A DNA stretch of 64,000 bases from Hoeflea sp. (GTDB taxonomy: Bacteria > Pseudomonadota > Alphaproteobacteria > Rhizobiales > Rhizobiaceae): the NCBI RefSeq assembly GCF_048261205.1, contig NZ_JBLXGF010000004.1. One strand, 5' to 3'. Under the pieces are notes generated by a model. The model was not told the DNA's origin and made no database searches. It was given only the letters and a program-made list of their open reading frames with translations. Positions 40,299 to 50,269 of this stretch are shown here, one piece after another (positions within the stretch are counted from its first letter, which is position 1; each line of letters opens with the position of its first letter). The translations under genes and the position numbers were made by a program.

Positions 40299-40389
40299 TA
40301 AAGGTTGACCGCGAAGAGATTTGGAGTCAAGTGCTATTTGCGAACGGCCCGTCAACCCCGTTTCCGCAGAGCCAGGAATGCAGTTCACC

Positions 40390-41415
40390 ATGGAAACAAA
40401 AGCGCCGAAGATTACCGATGTCGCAAGGCTTGCAGGAGTCTCGACGGCGACTGTAAGCCGGGCGTTGAGCAAACCGGAAACCGTTGCGGAATCAACGCGT
40501 AACGCCGTACTTGCCGCGGCGGAAAAGAGTGGATACCGGGTCAATCTGTCGGCCCGCAATCTCCGGCGCCAACGCACCGGCGCAATTGTGGTGCTGGTTC
40601 CAAATCTGGGAAATCCGTTTTTCTCGGAGATTCTTGCAGGCATCGAGACGGCTCTTTCGGAAGTCGATATCAACATGCTTGTCGTCGATACAAGGCAGGC
40701 CCATACCAAGCCGCAGCTCGTGCGGGAGTATCTGCACGCAACGCGGGCCGACGGAATCATTGCGCTGGACGGCTCGCTGCCCGATGAATTCCTGTCCGTG
40801 GCGAGTTCCGGCAACGGAGCGCCCCCAATCATCTTTGCCTGTGAATGGACGCCCAGAGGCGAGTTTTCATCGGTCCGCACGAACAATGCCTGTGGCGCCG
40901 GGATGGCGATCGGGCATCTTGCGGAACTGGGGCACCGCCGGATCGGAATACTCACCGGTCCGCAAGACAATGTGCTGACCCACACAAGAAGCGCGGGCGC
41001 GAGAGAAGAGATGGCCAAGAGGGGCCTCACGCTGGACCCTTCTCATGTTTTTAACGGCGACTTCAGTCTTGAATCGGGCGCGCGCGCAGCTCAGGCCTGG
41101 CTTGCACTCGGCCTGCGCCCCAGCGCGCTTTTCTGCCAATCCGACCAGATGGCTTTCGGATTCATCTCCGAACTGGCGCGGCACGGCGTGTCGGTGCCCA
41201 ACGATGTATCGGTGGTCGGATTTGACGATATCGGCATCGCAAGCCGTTTCATTCCGGCGCTGACCACTGTTCACCAACCTCGTCAGCAGCTGGGATTGTA
41301 TGCTGCCCGGATGCTGTTTGACCATATCCGGACAAACGCCAGCCCGGCGATCGAGACCACAATTCTCGATGTCGAACTCATCGTGCGCGACAGTACCCGG
41401 GAATTTGCCAGTTGA
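40390..41415 (+). CDS. LacI family transcriptional regulator
   Basis: ITDVARLAGVSTATVSRAL HTH, DVSVVGFDD, LTTVHQP; divergent from the sugar operon. Confidence 0.95.
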   Translation: METKAPKITDVARLAGVSTATVSRALSKPETVAESTRNAVLAAAEKSGYRVNLSARNLRRQRTGAIVVLVPNLGNPFFSEILAGIETALSEVDINMLVVDTRQAHTKPQLVREYLHATRADGIIALDGSLPDEFLSVASSGNGAPPIIFACEWTPRGEFSSVRTNNACGAGMAIGHLAELGHRRIGILTGPQDNVLTHTRSAGAREEMAKRGLTLDPSHVFNGDFSLESGARAAQAWLALGLRPSALFCQSDQMAFGFISELARHGVSVPNDVSVVGFDDIGIASRFIPALTTVHQPRQQLGLYAARMLFDHIRTNASPAIETTILDVELIVRDSTREFAS

Positions 41416-41426
41416 AATGCCCAGGG

Positions 41427-41450
41427 AATATTCTTATATAAAAGATTATT
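41427..41450. promoter_or_regulatory. AT-rich imperfect inverted repeat, likely ArsR operator
   Basis: AATATTCTT-ATATAA-AAGATTATT (arms match 8/9) at the start of the ArsR gene. Confidence 0.5.
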
Positions 41451-41802
41451 GATGTTTGCCGACGGGACCGCTGTGATGCTTGATGCACAAGACATGCTCG
41501 AAATGGAACCGCGCATGGCCGAAGCGGCGAAGCTGATGGAAATGCTGTCCCAGCCGGTGCGTCTGCGCATTCTGTGCATTCTGCTTGATGGCGAACAAAG
41601 TGTCCTCAAGCTTGCAGACATGACGGGCCTCTCCCAGCCTGCGATGTCGCATCATCTGCGCAAATTGCGTGACGCCGATCTGGTCAACACCCGCCGCGAT
41701 GCCCAGACCATCTACTATTCGCTGAAGGGCAAAGAAGTCGCCGCGGTGCTCGAGGTGCTGCATGGCCTGTATTGCACCACTTCCCGCGACGCCACCTGCT
41801 GA
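41449..41802 (+). CDS. ArsR/SmtB regulator, SqrR/BigR-like
   Basis: RLRILC and LSQPAMSHHLRKLR HTH; Cys43 and Cys109 (LYC) 66 residues apart. Start codon uncertain. Confidence 0.85.
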   Translation: MMFADGTAVMLDAQDMLEMEPRMAEAAKLMEMLSQPVRLRILCILLDGEQSVLKLADMTGLSQPAMSHHLRKLRDADLVNTRRDAQTIYYSLKGKEVAAVLEVLHGLYCTTSRDATC

Positions 41803-41838
41803 TACAGGCGGGTCCCGCGGCAGATGCTGCGGGGATGC

Positions 41839-41873
41839 TGTCGATTTATGTTTGAAACTGAGACTCGCGCATT
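41839..41873 (+). repeat. Left terminal inverted repeat
   Basis: TGTCGATTTATGTTTGAAACTGAGACTCGCGCATT; an internal copy CGCTTTACACTTCA at 41911-41924 matches right-end positions 4-17 exactly. Confidence 0.8.
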
Positions 41874-41990
41874 GAGTGTTTTCAATGGTTTGCGTGGGAT
41901 TGAAGTGCAACGCTTTACACTTCATATGAGGCTCGAGCGCGCATTTATTACACTCTAATTGGGATTGATTGACCGCGCTGCGCAACAGTG

Positions 41991-42205
41991 AGAGCCACAC
42001 CTGCACGGAATTGCTGAACTCCTTCTTCTATCCATTCATGGCGCTTCGCTCGCGTCAGGCGGAAACCCGAAGAACCGGGCCGGTTTGCTCTATTTCCGGC
42101 GGGTTTCGGATTGCCCGCACCCCGGGTGCGGCCTTCGCCAAACCCATTGATCTTGAACCAAACCGGCCCCGCAGAATGGTTCCATCTAACCATGAAACGC
42201 TCTAG
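41991..42205. repeat. Structured palindromic miniature element (MITE/RIME-like)
   Basis: Ends AGAGC...GCTCTAG; internal IRs GGGCCGGTTTG/CAAACCGGCCC, AAACCCG/CGGGTTT, CCGCACC/GGTGCGG. Confidence 0.5.
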
Positions 42206-42321
42206 CTGTGAGCTTTCAACAGAGCCGCGTCTGCCGTTGCCCAACTCAAATTAATCACTCCCGATTCGCACACTTGAATAGAAAGCGTCACTGGTTGAGG
42301 GCGCCCATCGTTTGGGCGCGC

Positions 42322-43098
42322 TCACGAGCCCTTCGGCAGGTGGATCGAATTCGCCACCTCGATCAGATGCGGGGCGATTTCGGCGCGAACCCTGTCGACG
42401 CTCCATTTCAGGCTGGACACCGAACATTGCACCGTCGCCACCGGGCGACCGTCGCCGGACAGGACCGGCGCGGCGATGCCGATCTCGTTCATGATGTTCT
42501 CGCTGTGGGTCAGCCCGTAGCCGCAGGCGACCGCATCCTCGATGGCCTCGGCGATCTTGCGCCTGTCGGTCGTCGTCTTCGACGTCACAACCCGGACCGG
42601 CCAGGTCTCGACCGCCTCCTTGCGCTCCGCCTCGCTCATGCGCGCAATCATGGCGCGGCCGCTCGAGGTGGTGAGCGCCGGCAGCCGGCGCCCGGCGACC
42701 ATGGCGCCAAAGGCGGTCAGTTGCGTCGGGATGCGGATGACATAGACGATTTCGCGTCCCGCCAGCCGCGCGACATTGACCCGCTCGCTGAGCAAGCGGC
42801 CGAGTTCGATGAGTTTCGGCATGGCGAGCTGCACCAGCGGATCAGCCCAAAGATAGGCATTGCCCAGTTCCAGAAACTTGATCGAGGGACTGTAGCGCCG
42901 CGATTCCGGGTCCTTGTTCAGGTAGCCGACCTTGTGAAGCGTGTTGGTCAGGCGCTGAACCGCGCTCTTGTCGAGCCCGGTCAGTTCGGCGATCTCAGTC
43001 AGTCCCAGCACCGTGTGATGTTCGTTGAAGGCATGGAGGACCCGCATCCCCTTCTCCAGCGAACCAACAAACAAGGTGTCCTGTTTTTCTTTTGTCAA
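42322..43098 (-). CDS. IclR family transcriptional regulator
   Basis: SLEKGMRVL HTH, TSSGRAMIA, GIAAPV; TTG start with AGGAGAGG RBS gives 258 aa. Confidence 0.92.
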   Translation of the reverse strand: MTKEKQDTLFVGSLEKGMRVLHAFNEHHTVLGLTEIAELTGLDKSAVQRLTNTLHKVGYLNKDPESRRYSPSIKFLELGNAYLWADPLVQLAMPKLIELGRLLSERVNVARLAGREIVYVIRIPTQLTAFGAMVAGRRLPALTTSSGRAMIARMSEAERKEAVETWPVRVVTSKTTTDRRKIAEAIEDAVACGYGLTHSENIMNEIGIAAPVLSGDGRPVATVQCSVSSLKWSVDRVRAEIAPHLIEVANSIHLPKGS

Positions 43099-43199
43099 AG
43101 ATCCTCTCCTTTCGGCCTGCCCGCAAGGCGCGCAAGGACGTTGCGGGGTTGGGTAGACTACATTCTTGACACATTCCAGACCTCCCAATAGTCTAAACC

Positions 43200-43221
43200 A
43201 TAATACGGTGCTACGTATTAT
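43200..43221. promoter_or_regulatory. Palindromic operator, candidate IclR site
   Basis: ATAATACG-GTGCTA-CGTATTAT in the divergent promoter region. Confidence 0.6.
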
Positions 43222-43274
43222 AATATAATAAATGGGAACCAGAGGGGCCGGTTTCGTGCCGGTTAAGTGAGCAG

Positions 43275-44789
43275 ATGAAAACACGTCTATTGATGAGTTC
43301 CGTCGCGCTGTCTGTCGTGATGACCGCCAGCGCCGCCCTGGCCGACAAGGCCAGCGATACGCTGAACACCACCTTTACCAAGGAACTGGAATCGGTCGAC
43401 AGCTATTTCAATTCAGCCCGTGAGGGCGTCATCCTGCAGCGTTCCGTCTGGGACGGCCTGCTCTATCTCAACCAGGAAACCGGCGAGTACGAAGGCAACC
43501 TTGCGACCTCCTGGAAATGGGTTGACGACACGACGCTGGAACTGACCCTGCGCGAGGGCGTCAAGTTCCACAATGGCGAGGAGTTCGATGCCGACGACGT
43601 GGTCTACACCGTCGAGTTCGTTTCCAACCCGGAGAACGGCGTCGTCGTTCAGCGCAACGTCAACTGGATGAAGGGCGCGGAGAAGATCGACCAGTACACC
43701 GTCCGCATCTTCACCAACGGAGCCTTCCCCGCGGCGCTCGAATATCTGGCCGGCCCGGTTTCGATCTATCCGAACGAGTATTACGCTGAGGCCGGCCCCG
43801 CCGGCATGGCGCTGAAGCCGGTCGGCACCGGTCCCTACCGGGTCGAGAGCGTCGAGCCCGGCAAGCACTTCGTGCTGAAGAAATACGACGGCTATCACGG
43901 CGGCCCGAAGGGCATGGCGTCGATCGGCACGGTCGACATCCGCACCATTCCCGACGTCAACACCCAGCTCGCAGAGCTGTTCAGCGGCGGCCTCGACTTC
44001 GTCTGGGGCGTGCCTTCGGACCAGGCTGAGAAGCTTGCCGCGATGGACCGGCTCAACGTCGTCAACGAGAGCACCATGCGGATCGGCTATCTCGAGCTAG
44101 ACGCGGCCGGCCGCAGCGGTGCCGACAACCCGATGACCAGCAAGCTGGTGCGTCAGGCGCTGGCCCATGCGATCGACCGCCAGGCTATTGTCGACAATCT
44201 GCTCAAGGGCGCCTCGAAGGTGGTGAACTCGGCCTGCTTCCCCAGCCAGTTCGGCTGCGAACAGGACGTCACGGCCTATGATTTCGATCCGGAAAAGGCC
44301 AAGGCGCTGCTCGCCGAAGCCGGCTATCCGGACGGCCTGACGATCGACCTCTATGCCTATCGCGACCGTCCCTATGCCGAGGCGATGCTCTCTTATCTCG
44401 CCAATGTCGGTATCACCGCAAACCTGAAATACCTGCAATATTCGGCTCTGCGCGACCTGCGTCAGAAGGGTGAGACCAGCATGAGCTTCCAGACCTGGGG
44501 CTCCTACTCGATCAACGACGCCTCCGCCATCACCAGCCAGTTCTTCAAGCACGGCGCCGAGGACTTCGCCCGTGACGACGAGATCTTGGCCTGGCTCGAT
44601 ATCGCCGACACCGCGGTGGACACCGAAGTGCGCAAGGAAAACTACTCGAAGGCCCTGAAGAAGATCGCCGAAGAGGCTTACTGGGTGCCGCTGTTCTCCT
44701 ACAATGCGAACTACGTGTTTACCAAGGAGGCCAGCTTCACACCGACCCCGGACGAGGTCGTGCGCTTCTTCGACGTCAGCTGGAACTAG
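43275..44789 (+). CDS. Peptide/nickel-family ABC transporter substrate-binding protein
   Basis: Signal peptide, LREGVKFHNGEEFDADDV, PVGTGPY, VRQALAHAIDR. Confidence 0.93.
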   Translation: MKTRLLMSSVALSVVMTASAALADKASDTLNTTFTKELESVDSYFNSAREGVILQRSVWDGLLYLNQETGEYEGNLATSWKWVDDTTLELTLREGVKFHNGEEFDADDVVYTVEFVSNPENGVVVQRNVNWMKGAEKIDQYTVRIFTNGAFPAALEYLAGPVSIYPNEYYAEAGPAGMALKPVGTGPYRVESVEPGKHFVLKKYDGYHGGPKGMASIGTVDIRTIPDVNTQLAELFSGGLDFVWGVPSDQAEKLAAMDRLNVVNESTMRIGYLELDAAGRSGADNPMTSKLVRQALAHAIDRQAIVDNLLKGASKVVNSACFPSQFGCEQDVTAYDFDPEKAKALLAEAGYPDGLTIDLYAYRDRPYAEAMLSYLANVGITANLKYLQYSALRDLRQKGETSMSFQTWGSYSINDASAITSQFFKHGAEDFARDDEILAWLDIADTAVDTEVRKENYSKALKKIAEEAYWVPLFSYNANYVFTKEASFTPTPDEVVRFFDVSWN

Positions 44790-44800
44790 GCGGCTCGACA

Positions 44801-44839
44801 AGGTCCGCGCCGGGCTTTCCTCCAGCCCGGAGCGGACCT
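44801..44839. other. Stem-loop after the binding-protein gene
   Basis: AGGTCCGC-G-CCGGGCT / AGCCCGG-A-GCGGACCT, 15 paired bases. Confidence 0.7.
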
Positions 44840-44893
44840 CAGCTTCCGCAGATCCACCGGCGCGCCGCCGCCAGCTGACGATTGGAACCCGAG

Positions 44894-45811
44894 ATGCTCA
44901 TCTTTACCCTCAAACGGCTGGGCCTTGCCATTCTGGTGACCTTCACCGTCTCGCTGCTCAGTTTCAGCCTGCTGTTCATGGCCGGTGACCCGGCCTCCGC
45001 CATCGCCGGCGAGAACGCCAGCGCCACCGACATCGAAGCGATCCGCGCGCTCTACGGTTTCGACCGGCCCTTCCTGGTGCAGTATGCCGATTGGCTGACA
45101 AGCGCGCTCACCGGTGATTTCGGCCAGAGCTATTATTTCAAGCTGCCGGTCTCAACGCTGATCGGCGAGCGGCTTTCCACCACCATGCTGCTTGGCGTTT
45201 GCGGCATTTCCTTTGCGCTCGTGACCGCCATCCCGCTCGGGGTCGCCGCCGCAATGCGCCCCAATTCCCTGATCGACCGCACCGCGCTGTTCCTCTCGGT
45301 GATGGGACAGGCAATGCCGAGCTTCTGGTTCGGGCTGGTGCTGATCGTCGTTTTCTCGATCCAGCTCGGCTGGTTGCCTCCATCGGGCTCTGACAGCTGG
45401 AAGCACTTCATCATGCCGACCATCGTGCTCGGCTACTATGCCATGCCGGCGATCATGCGCCTTACCCGCGCGGGCATGCTGGAAGTGCTCAACGCCGACT
45501 ATATCCGCACCGCGCGCGCCAAGGGCGCCAGCGAAATGCGGGTGATGTTCAAGCATGCGCTGCGCAACGCCGTGGTGCCTGTGGTCAGTCTCGCGGCGGT
45601 GCAGATGGGATTCATGCTGGGCGGCTCCATCGTGGTGGAATCCATTTTCGCCCTGCACGGCGCCGGCTACCTCGCCTGGGAGTCGATAGGCCGCAACGAC
45701 CTGCCGACCGTGCAGGCGCTGATCCTGATCTTCTCCTGCTTCTACATCGTCTTCACGTTCCTGTCGGATCTGCTCAATGCCTGGCTAGACCCGCGAATCC
45801 GGGTGGGCTGA
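44894..45811 (+). CDS. Peptide ABC transporter permease (DppB-like)
   Basis: ADYIRTARAKG, HALRNA, GGSIVVESIF. Confidence 0.93.
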   Translation: MLIFTLKRLGLAILVTFTVSLLSFSLLFMAGDPASAIAGENASATDIEAIRALYGFDRPFLVQYADWLTSALTGDFGQSYYFKLPVSTLIGERLSTTMLLGVCGISFALVTAIPLGVAAAMRPNSLIDRTALFLSVMGQAMPSFWFGLVLIVVFSIQLGWLPPSGSDSWKHFIMPTIVLGYYAMPAIMRLTRAGMLEVLNADYIRTARAKGASEMRVMFKHALRNAVVPVVSLAAVQMGFMLGGSIVVESIFALHGAGYLAWESIGRNDLPTVQALILIFSCFYIVFTFLSDLLNAWLDPRIRVG

Positions 45812-45814
45812 GAC

Positions 45815-46714
45815 ATGGCGCGCACAATCGAAACCGTCGCGGAGGAACTCCGCACCCCGAGCCCGGCCAGCCTCCTGCGCAAGCGGGTCTTCGGCCACTA
45901 CGGCCTGGTCTTCGGCATCTGTGTCCTTGTGATCGTCGTGGCGCTGGCGCTCTTCGCGCCGCTGCTGACCCCGCATGATCCTTACGCGCAGGATCTGGTG
46001 GCCCGCATGCGACCGCCCTTCTGGATGACGGGCAGCGACCCCGACCATCTGCTCGGTACCGATTATCTGGGGCGCGACTATCTGGCGCGGCTGTTATACG
46101 GCGCACGCATCTCGCTCGCCATCGGCCTCTTCGCGGCGCTGATCTCCGGCCTCATCGGCACGGCGATGGGCGTTGCGGCGGGCTATTTCGGCGGCCGGGT
46201 CGACCTCGTCGTCACCTTTCTGATCAATGTCCGCCTTGCCATGCCGGTGGTTCTGGTGGCGCTCGCCGTCGTCGCCCTCCTCGGCGGTTCGCTGCAGGTG
46301 GTCGTCTGCGTCCTCGGTCTGCTGCTGTGGGACCGGTTTGCGGTGGTCATGCGCTCCTCGGTGCTGCAGGTGCGCGATCTCGAATATGTCAATGCTGCAA
46401 GGGCCATCGGCTGCTCGACCAGGCGCATCATCCTGCTCGAGATCATGCCCAACGTGGTCAACAACCTGATCGTCGTGGTCACGCTCGAGATGGCCCATGC
46501 CATCCTGCTGGAGGCGGCACTGTCCTTCCTCGGCCTCGGCGTCCAGCCGCCGACCCCCTCTTGGGGTCTGATGATCTCGGAGGGCAAGCAGATGATGCTG
46601 TTCGAGCCCTGGCTGATCGCCATTCCGGGCGTCGCGCTGTTTATCCTCGTGCTGGCCATCAATCTTCTTGGCGATGGTCTGCGCGACGTCACCGCGCCGG
46701 AAAACAGGGGATGA
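45815..46714 (+). CDS. Peptide ABC transporter permease (DppC-like)
   Basis: HLLGTDYLGRD, EYVNAARAIG, EAALSFLGLG. Confidence 0.93.
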   Translation: MARTIETVAEELRTPSPASLLRKRVFGHYGLVFGICVLVIVVALALFAPLLTPHDPYAQDLVARMRPPFWMTGSDPDHLLGTDYLGRDYLARLLYGARISLAIGLFAALISGLIGTAMGVAAGYFGGRVDLVVTFLINVRLAMPVVLVALAVVALLGGSLQVVVCVLGLLLWDRFAVVMRSSVLQVRDLEYVNAARAIGCSTRRIILLEIMPNVVNNLIVVVTLEMAHAILLEAALSFLGLGVQPPTPSWGLMISEGKQMMLFEPWLIAIPGVALFILVLAINLLGDGLRDVTAPENRG

Positions 46715-47709
46715 GTACGACCATGAACGAAACCGTCCTCACAGTAAAAAATCTCACCATCGACATCCCCATGGCGCGAGGCACCCTGCATGCAGTGCGC
46801 GGCATCGACTTCGAACTGAAGCGCGGCGAGACGCTCTGTATCGTCGGCGAAAGCGGCAGCGGCAAGTCGCTGACCTCGCTCGCTATCATGGGCCTGTTGT
46901 CGAAGAAGATGCGCTGCAACGCCACCAGCCTCGACTTCTCCGGCCTTGACCTGCGCAAACAATCGCCGCGCGCCATGCGGGCACTGCGCGGCGACCGCAT
47001 GGCGATGATCTTCCAGGAGCCGATGACCTCGCTGAACCCGGCCTACACCATCGGCGACCAGTTGATGGAGGCGTTGCAACTGCACCGTCCGGTCAGCCGG
47101 CAAGAGGCGCGCGCCCGCGCCGCCGAACTGCTCGGCAAGGTCGGCATTACCGCGGCCGAAAGCCGGCTCGGCCAGTATCCGCACCAGCTCTCCGGCGGCC
47201 TTCGCCAGCGCGTCATGATCGCCATGGCGCTGATGTGCGAGCCGGAGCTGATCATCGCCGACGAGCCGACCACCGCGCTGGACGTGACCATCCAGGCACA
47301 GATCCTGCGCCTGCTCGCCGACCTGCAGCGCGAGATGAACATGGCGATGATGCTCGTCACCCACGATCTCGGCGTCGTCGCCCGCATCGCCGACAAGGTT
47401 GTCGTCATGTATGCCGGCGAAGTGGTCGAGAGCGGCAGCGCGCGCGAGATCTTTGAAAACCCGCGCCATCCCTACACGCGCGGTCTGCTGCGCTGCATCC
47501 CGATTCCCGGCAGGACGAAGCCGGGTGAGCATCTCGGCTCCATCCCCGGCATCGTCCCCTCGCTGATCGGCGCCGTCGAGGGCTGCGCCTTCCGCTCGCG
47601 TTGCGACGTGGCCAAGGACGCCTGCGCAGCGGCAATACCGGTATGCCACAGCGGCAGCGACCACATCTATCGCTGCATCCATGATGCCCAGGCAGGAGTT
47701 TCGACATGA
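46711..47709 (+). CDS. Peptide ABC transporter ATP-binding protein (DppD-like)
   Basis: GESGSGKS, FQEPMTSLNP, LSGGLRQR, ADEPTTALD; ATG overlaps the upstream stop. Confidence 0.94.
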   Translation: MSTTMNETVLTVKNLTIDIPMARGTLHAVRGIDFELKRGETLCIVGESGSGKSLTSLAIMGLLSKKMRCNATSLDFSGLDLRKQSPRAMRALRGDRMAMIFQEPMTSLNPAYTIGDQLMEALQLHRPVSRQEARARAAELLGKVGITAAESRLGQYPHQLSGGLRQRVMIAMALMCEPELIIADEPTTALDVTIQAQILRLLADLQREMNMAMMLVTHDLGVVARIADKVVVMYAGEVVESGSAREIFENPRHPYTRGLLRCIPIPGRTKPGEHLGSIPGIVPSLIGAVEGCAFRSRCDVAKDACAAAIPVCHSGSDHIYRCIHDAQAGVST

Positions 47710-48683
47710 GCGTGACCATCACTCCTCCCGTCCTGGAACTCGCCTCCGTCGCCAAGACCTACCAGGTCCGGCAGGGCATGTTCTCCGCACCAAAGCCGCT
47801 GCATGCGCTCGGCGGCGTCAGCCTGCGCATTCACAAGAAGGACGTGCTCGGCCTAGTCGGTGAGAGCGGCTGCGGCAAGTCGACCCTCGCCAAGATCCTG
47901 CTCGGCCTCGAGGCGCCCACGTCTGGCCAGGTGCTGGTCGACGGGCGCGAGATCACCGCGCGCGACCGCACGGTGCTTGCCCGCCGCATCCAGCCGATCT
48001 TCCAGGATCCGTACTCCTCGCTTAATCCGCGAAAGAGCATCGAGGACATCATCGCCCTGCCGCTTGTCGTTCACAGGATCGGCGACGGCGCGTCGCGGGC
48101 CAAGGCGGTCTCCCGCATGCTCGATCTCGTCGGCCTGCCGCAGCGAGTGCTGAAAGGCTATCCCAACCAGCTCTCCGGCGGCCAGCGCCAGCGCGTGGCG
48201 ATTGCCCGGGCGCTGGTGATGAACCCGGAGATTGTCATCTGCGACGAGCCGACCTCGGCGCTCGATGTCTCCGTTCAGTCGCAGATCCTCAACCTGCTCG
48301 GCGATCTGCGCGAGGAACTGGGGCTCACCTATCTCTTCATCAGCCACAACCTCGCCGTGGTCGAACATCTGGCGACGCGGGTGGCGGTAATGTATCTGGG
48401 GCGGATCGTCGAGGAGGCGCCGTCAGCTGAACTCTTCGCCGGGCCGCGCCACCCCTATACGCGCGCCCTGCTTGAATCCGTGCTGACGCCGGATCCTGAC
48501 CTGTCAGTCCCCGACACCCAGCTCGGCGCCGCCTATCCCAACCCGATCGACCCGCCGTCCGGCTGCCATTTCCATCCCCGTTGCGCCATGGCGATTGATA
48601 CCTGCAAGACCACGCCTCCGCCCCATGTCACGCGATCGACCGGTCATGTCGACTGCCACCTGCATTCCGTACCCACGTCTTGA
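47706..48683 (+). CDS. Peptide ABC transporter ATP-binding protein (DppF-like)
   Basis: [36 protein letters not shown]. Confidence 0.94.
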   Translation: MSVTITPPVLELASVAKTYQVRQGMFSAPKPLHALGGVSLRIHKKDVLGLVGESGCGKSTLAKILLGLEAPTSGQVLVDGREITARDRTVLARRIQPIFQDPYSSLNPRKSIEDIIALPLVVHRIGDGASRAKAVSRMLDLVGLPQRVLKGYPNQLSGGQRQRVAIARALVMNPEIVICDEPTSALDVSVQSQILNLLGDLREELGLTYLFISHNLAVVEHLATRVAVMYLGRIVEEAPSAELFAGPRHPYTRALLESVLTPDPDLSVPDTQLGAAYPNPIDPPSGCHFHPRCAMAIDTCKTTPPPHVTRSTGHVDCHLHSVPTS

Positions 48684-48693
48684 AGACTAGGCC

Positions 48694-50268
48694 ATGAGCA
48701 ATTTTTCCCGCACCCAAACCGTGCGCAAGCACGTCATCGAGACAAAGGGCGGCATCGTCGCCTCGCAGCACCGGGTGGCCGCAGAAACCGGTGCTGCCGT
48801 GCTTTCCGCCGGCGGCGACGCGGTGGATGCAGCGGTCGCCGTTTCCTTCGCGATCGGTGTCGTCGAACCCTGGATGAGCGGACCTGCCGGAGGCGGCGCC
48901 ATGGTCGTGTGGCGCGAGAACAAGCAACGCGCCCATACCGTCCAGTTCGGCATGCGCTCGCCGGCCGGGCTCGATCCGGCCAACTATCCGCTCACGGGCG
49001 GCAAGACCGCGGGCGACCTGTTCCCATGGCCATCAGTTGCCGGAGACCGCAACATCCAGGGCGCCACAGCCATTGCCGTACCGGGCACCGTCGCCGGTAT
49101 GGAACTGGCGCACGCAACGTGGGGCCGGGCAGACTGGAAGGATCTCGTCCTGCCGGCAGCCGACCTTGCGGCGAAGGGGATGCAGGTCGACTGGTACGCC
49201 TCGCTGATCATCGCTTCGGTCGCCCGCGATCTGGCGGCGGATGCGGACGCGGCGGCGATGTTCCTCGACGACGGCACCTGGCCAAAATCAGCCGGCTGGA
49301 CAGCGATTTCCAACATCCGCCTCGACCAGGCCCGGATGGCCGACACCTTGCGGCGCATCGCCGATGCCGGCGCCCGCGACTTCTACGAGGGCGACATCGC
49401 AGCTGCCCTTGCCGCCGACGTCCAGGCCAAGGGCGGTTCGCTCTCGCGTGCCGATCTCGCCGCCTATCGGGCCAGGTTGACGCCGGCCCTCGACGTCTCC
49501 TATCGCGGTGGCACCGTTCATGCAGCGGCTGGGCTGACTGCCGGTGCCAATCTCGCCGAATGCCTGCAGATGATGGAATCGGCCTTTGTCCCCGGCGCTG
49601 CTCCCGATGGCACAAGCTATGCCGAGATGGCGCGGGCGCTCTCCGCCAGCTACGAACGGCGGCTGCGCGAGATGGGCGACACCGAGGCTGTGAACGCGCC
49701 CTCCTGCACCACCCATTTCAGCATCGTCGACCGGCATGGCAATATGTGCGCCGTCACCCAGACCCTGCTGTCGGTGTTTGGCTCGCGGGTGGTCTCGCCC
49801 TCCACCGGCCTTCTGATGAACAACGGCATCATGTGGTTCGATCCCGAGCCCGGCAAGCCGAATTCGCTTGCGCCGAACAAGGCCTGCCTGATGAACGTCT
49901 GTCCGGCGATCGGCGCCAAGGACGGCCGTCGCTTCGCCATCGGCGCTTCGGGCGGACGCAAGATCCTGCCGGCGGTGCTCAACCTCACATCTTTTCTGAT
50001 GGATTTCGACATGTCGCTGGAGCAGGCCTTCCACCATCCGCGCATCGACAACAGCGGCGGCGGCGCCATCATCACCGACGAGACGCTGCCGCCGGAAATC
50101 ATTGCTGCACTCGCGGCCGTCCATCCTGTCACGACCACGCGACGAACTGTCTTCCCCTATGCCTTCGCCTGCCCGGCGGGCGTGCTGCGGCGGGACGGAG
50201 TGAATATGGGCTGCACGGAAATCATGTCGCCATGGGGCGACGCCGTGCCCGAAACCGAAGGAGCCTGA
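48694..50268 (+). CDS. Gamma-glutamyltransferase-family Ntn hydrolase (atypical active site)
   Basis: [17 protein letters not shown], autoprocessing site [14 protein letters not shown]. Confidence 0.9.
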   Translation: MSNFSRTQTVRKHVIETKGGIVASQHRVAAETGAAVLSAGGDAVDAAVAVSFAIGVVEPWMSGPAGGGAMVVWRENKQRAHTVQFGMRSPAGLDPANYPLTGGKTAGDLFPWPSVAGDRNIQGATAIAVPGTVAGMELAHATWGRADWKDLVLPAADLAAKGMQVDWYASLIIASVARDLAADADAAAMFLDDGTWPKSAGWTAISNIRLDQARMADTLRRIADAGARDFYEGDIAAALAADVQAKGGSLSRADLAAYRARLTPALDVSYRGGTVHAAAGLTAGANLAECLQMMESAFVPGAAPDGTSYAEMARALSASYERRLREMGDTEAVNAPSCTTHFSIVDRHGNMCAVTQTLLSVFGSRVVSPSTGLLMNNGIMWFDPEPGKPNSLAPNKACLMNVCPAIGAKDGRRFAIGASGGRKILPAVLNLTSFLMDFDMSLEQAFHHPRIDNSGGGAIITDETLPPEIIAALAAVHPVTTTRRTVFPYAFACPAGVLRRDGVNMGCTEIMSPWGDAVPETEGA

Positions 50269-50269
50269 C

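Noticed and set aside
41911-41924. The 14-bp inverted match to 63430-63443 taken as the element's true terminus
   Set aside because: A lone 14-mer match is expected by chance in 64 kb and this copy lacks TGT. It is reinterpreted as an internal site, with the true end at 41839.
41446-42244. ORFs 41446-42006, 41948-42244 and 41969-42205
   Set aside because: They overlap the ArsR gene or the transposon end and palindromic element, and show no protein-family signal.
42322-43284. Extended 320-aa IclR and other extended N-termini in the track (livG, dppD, dioxygenase, cdd)
   Set aside because: The extensions overlap neighbouring genes or promoters; downstream starts have better RBS or family-typical lengths.
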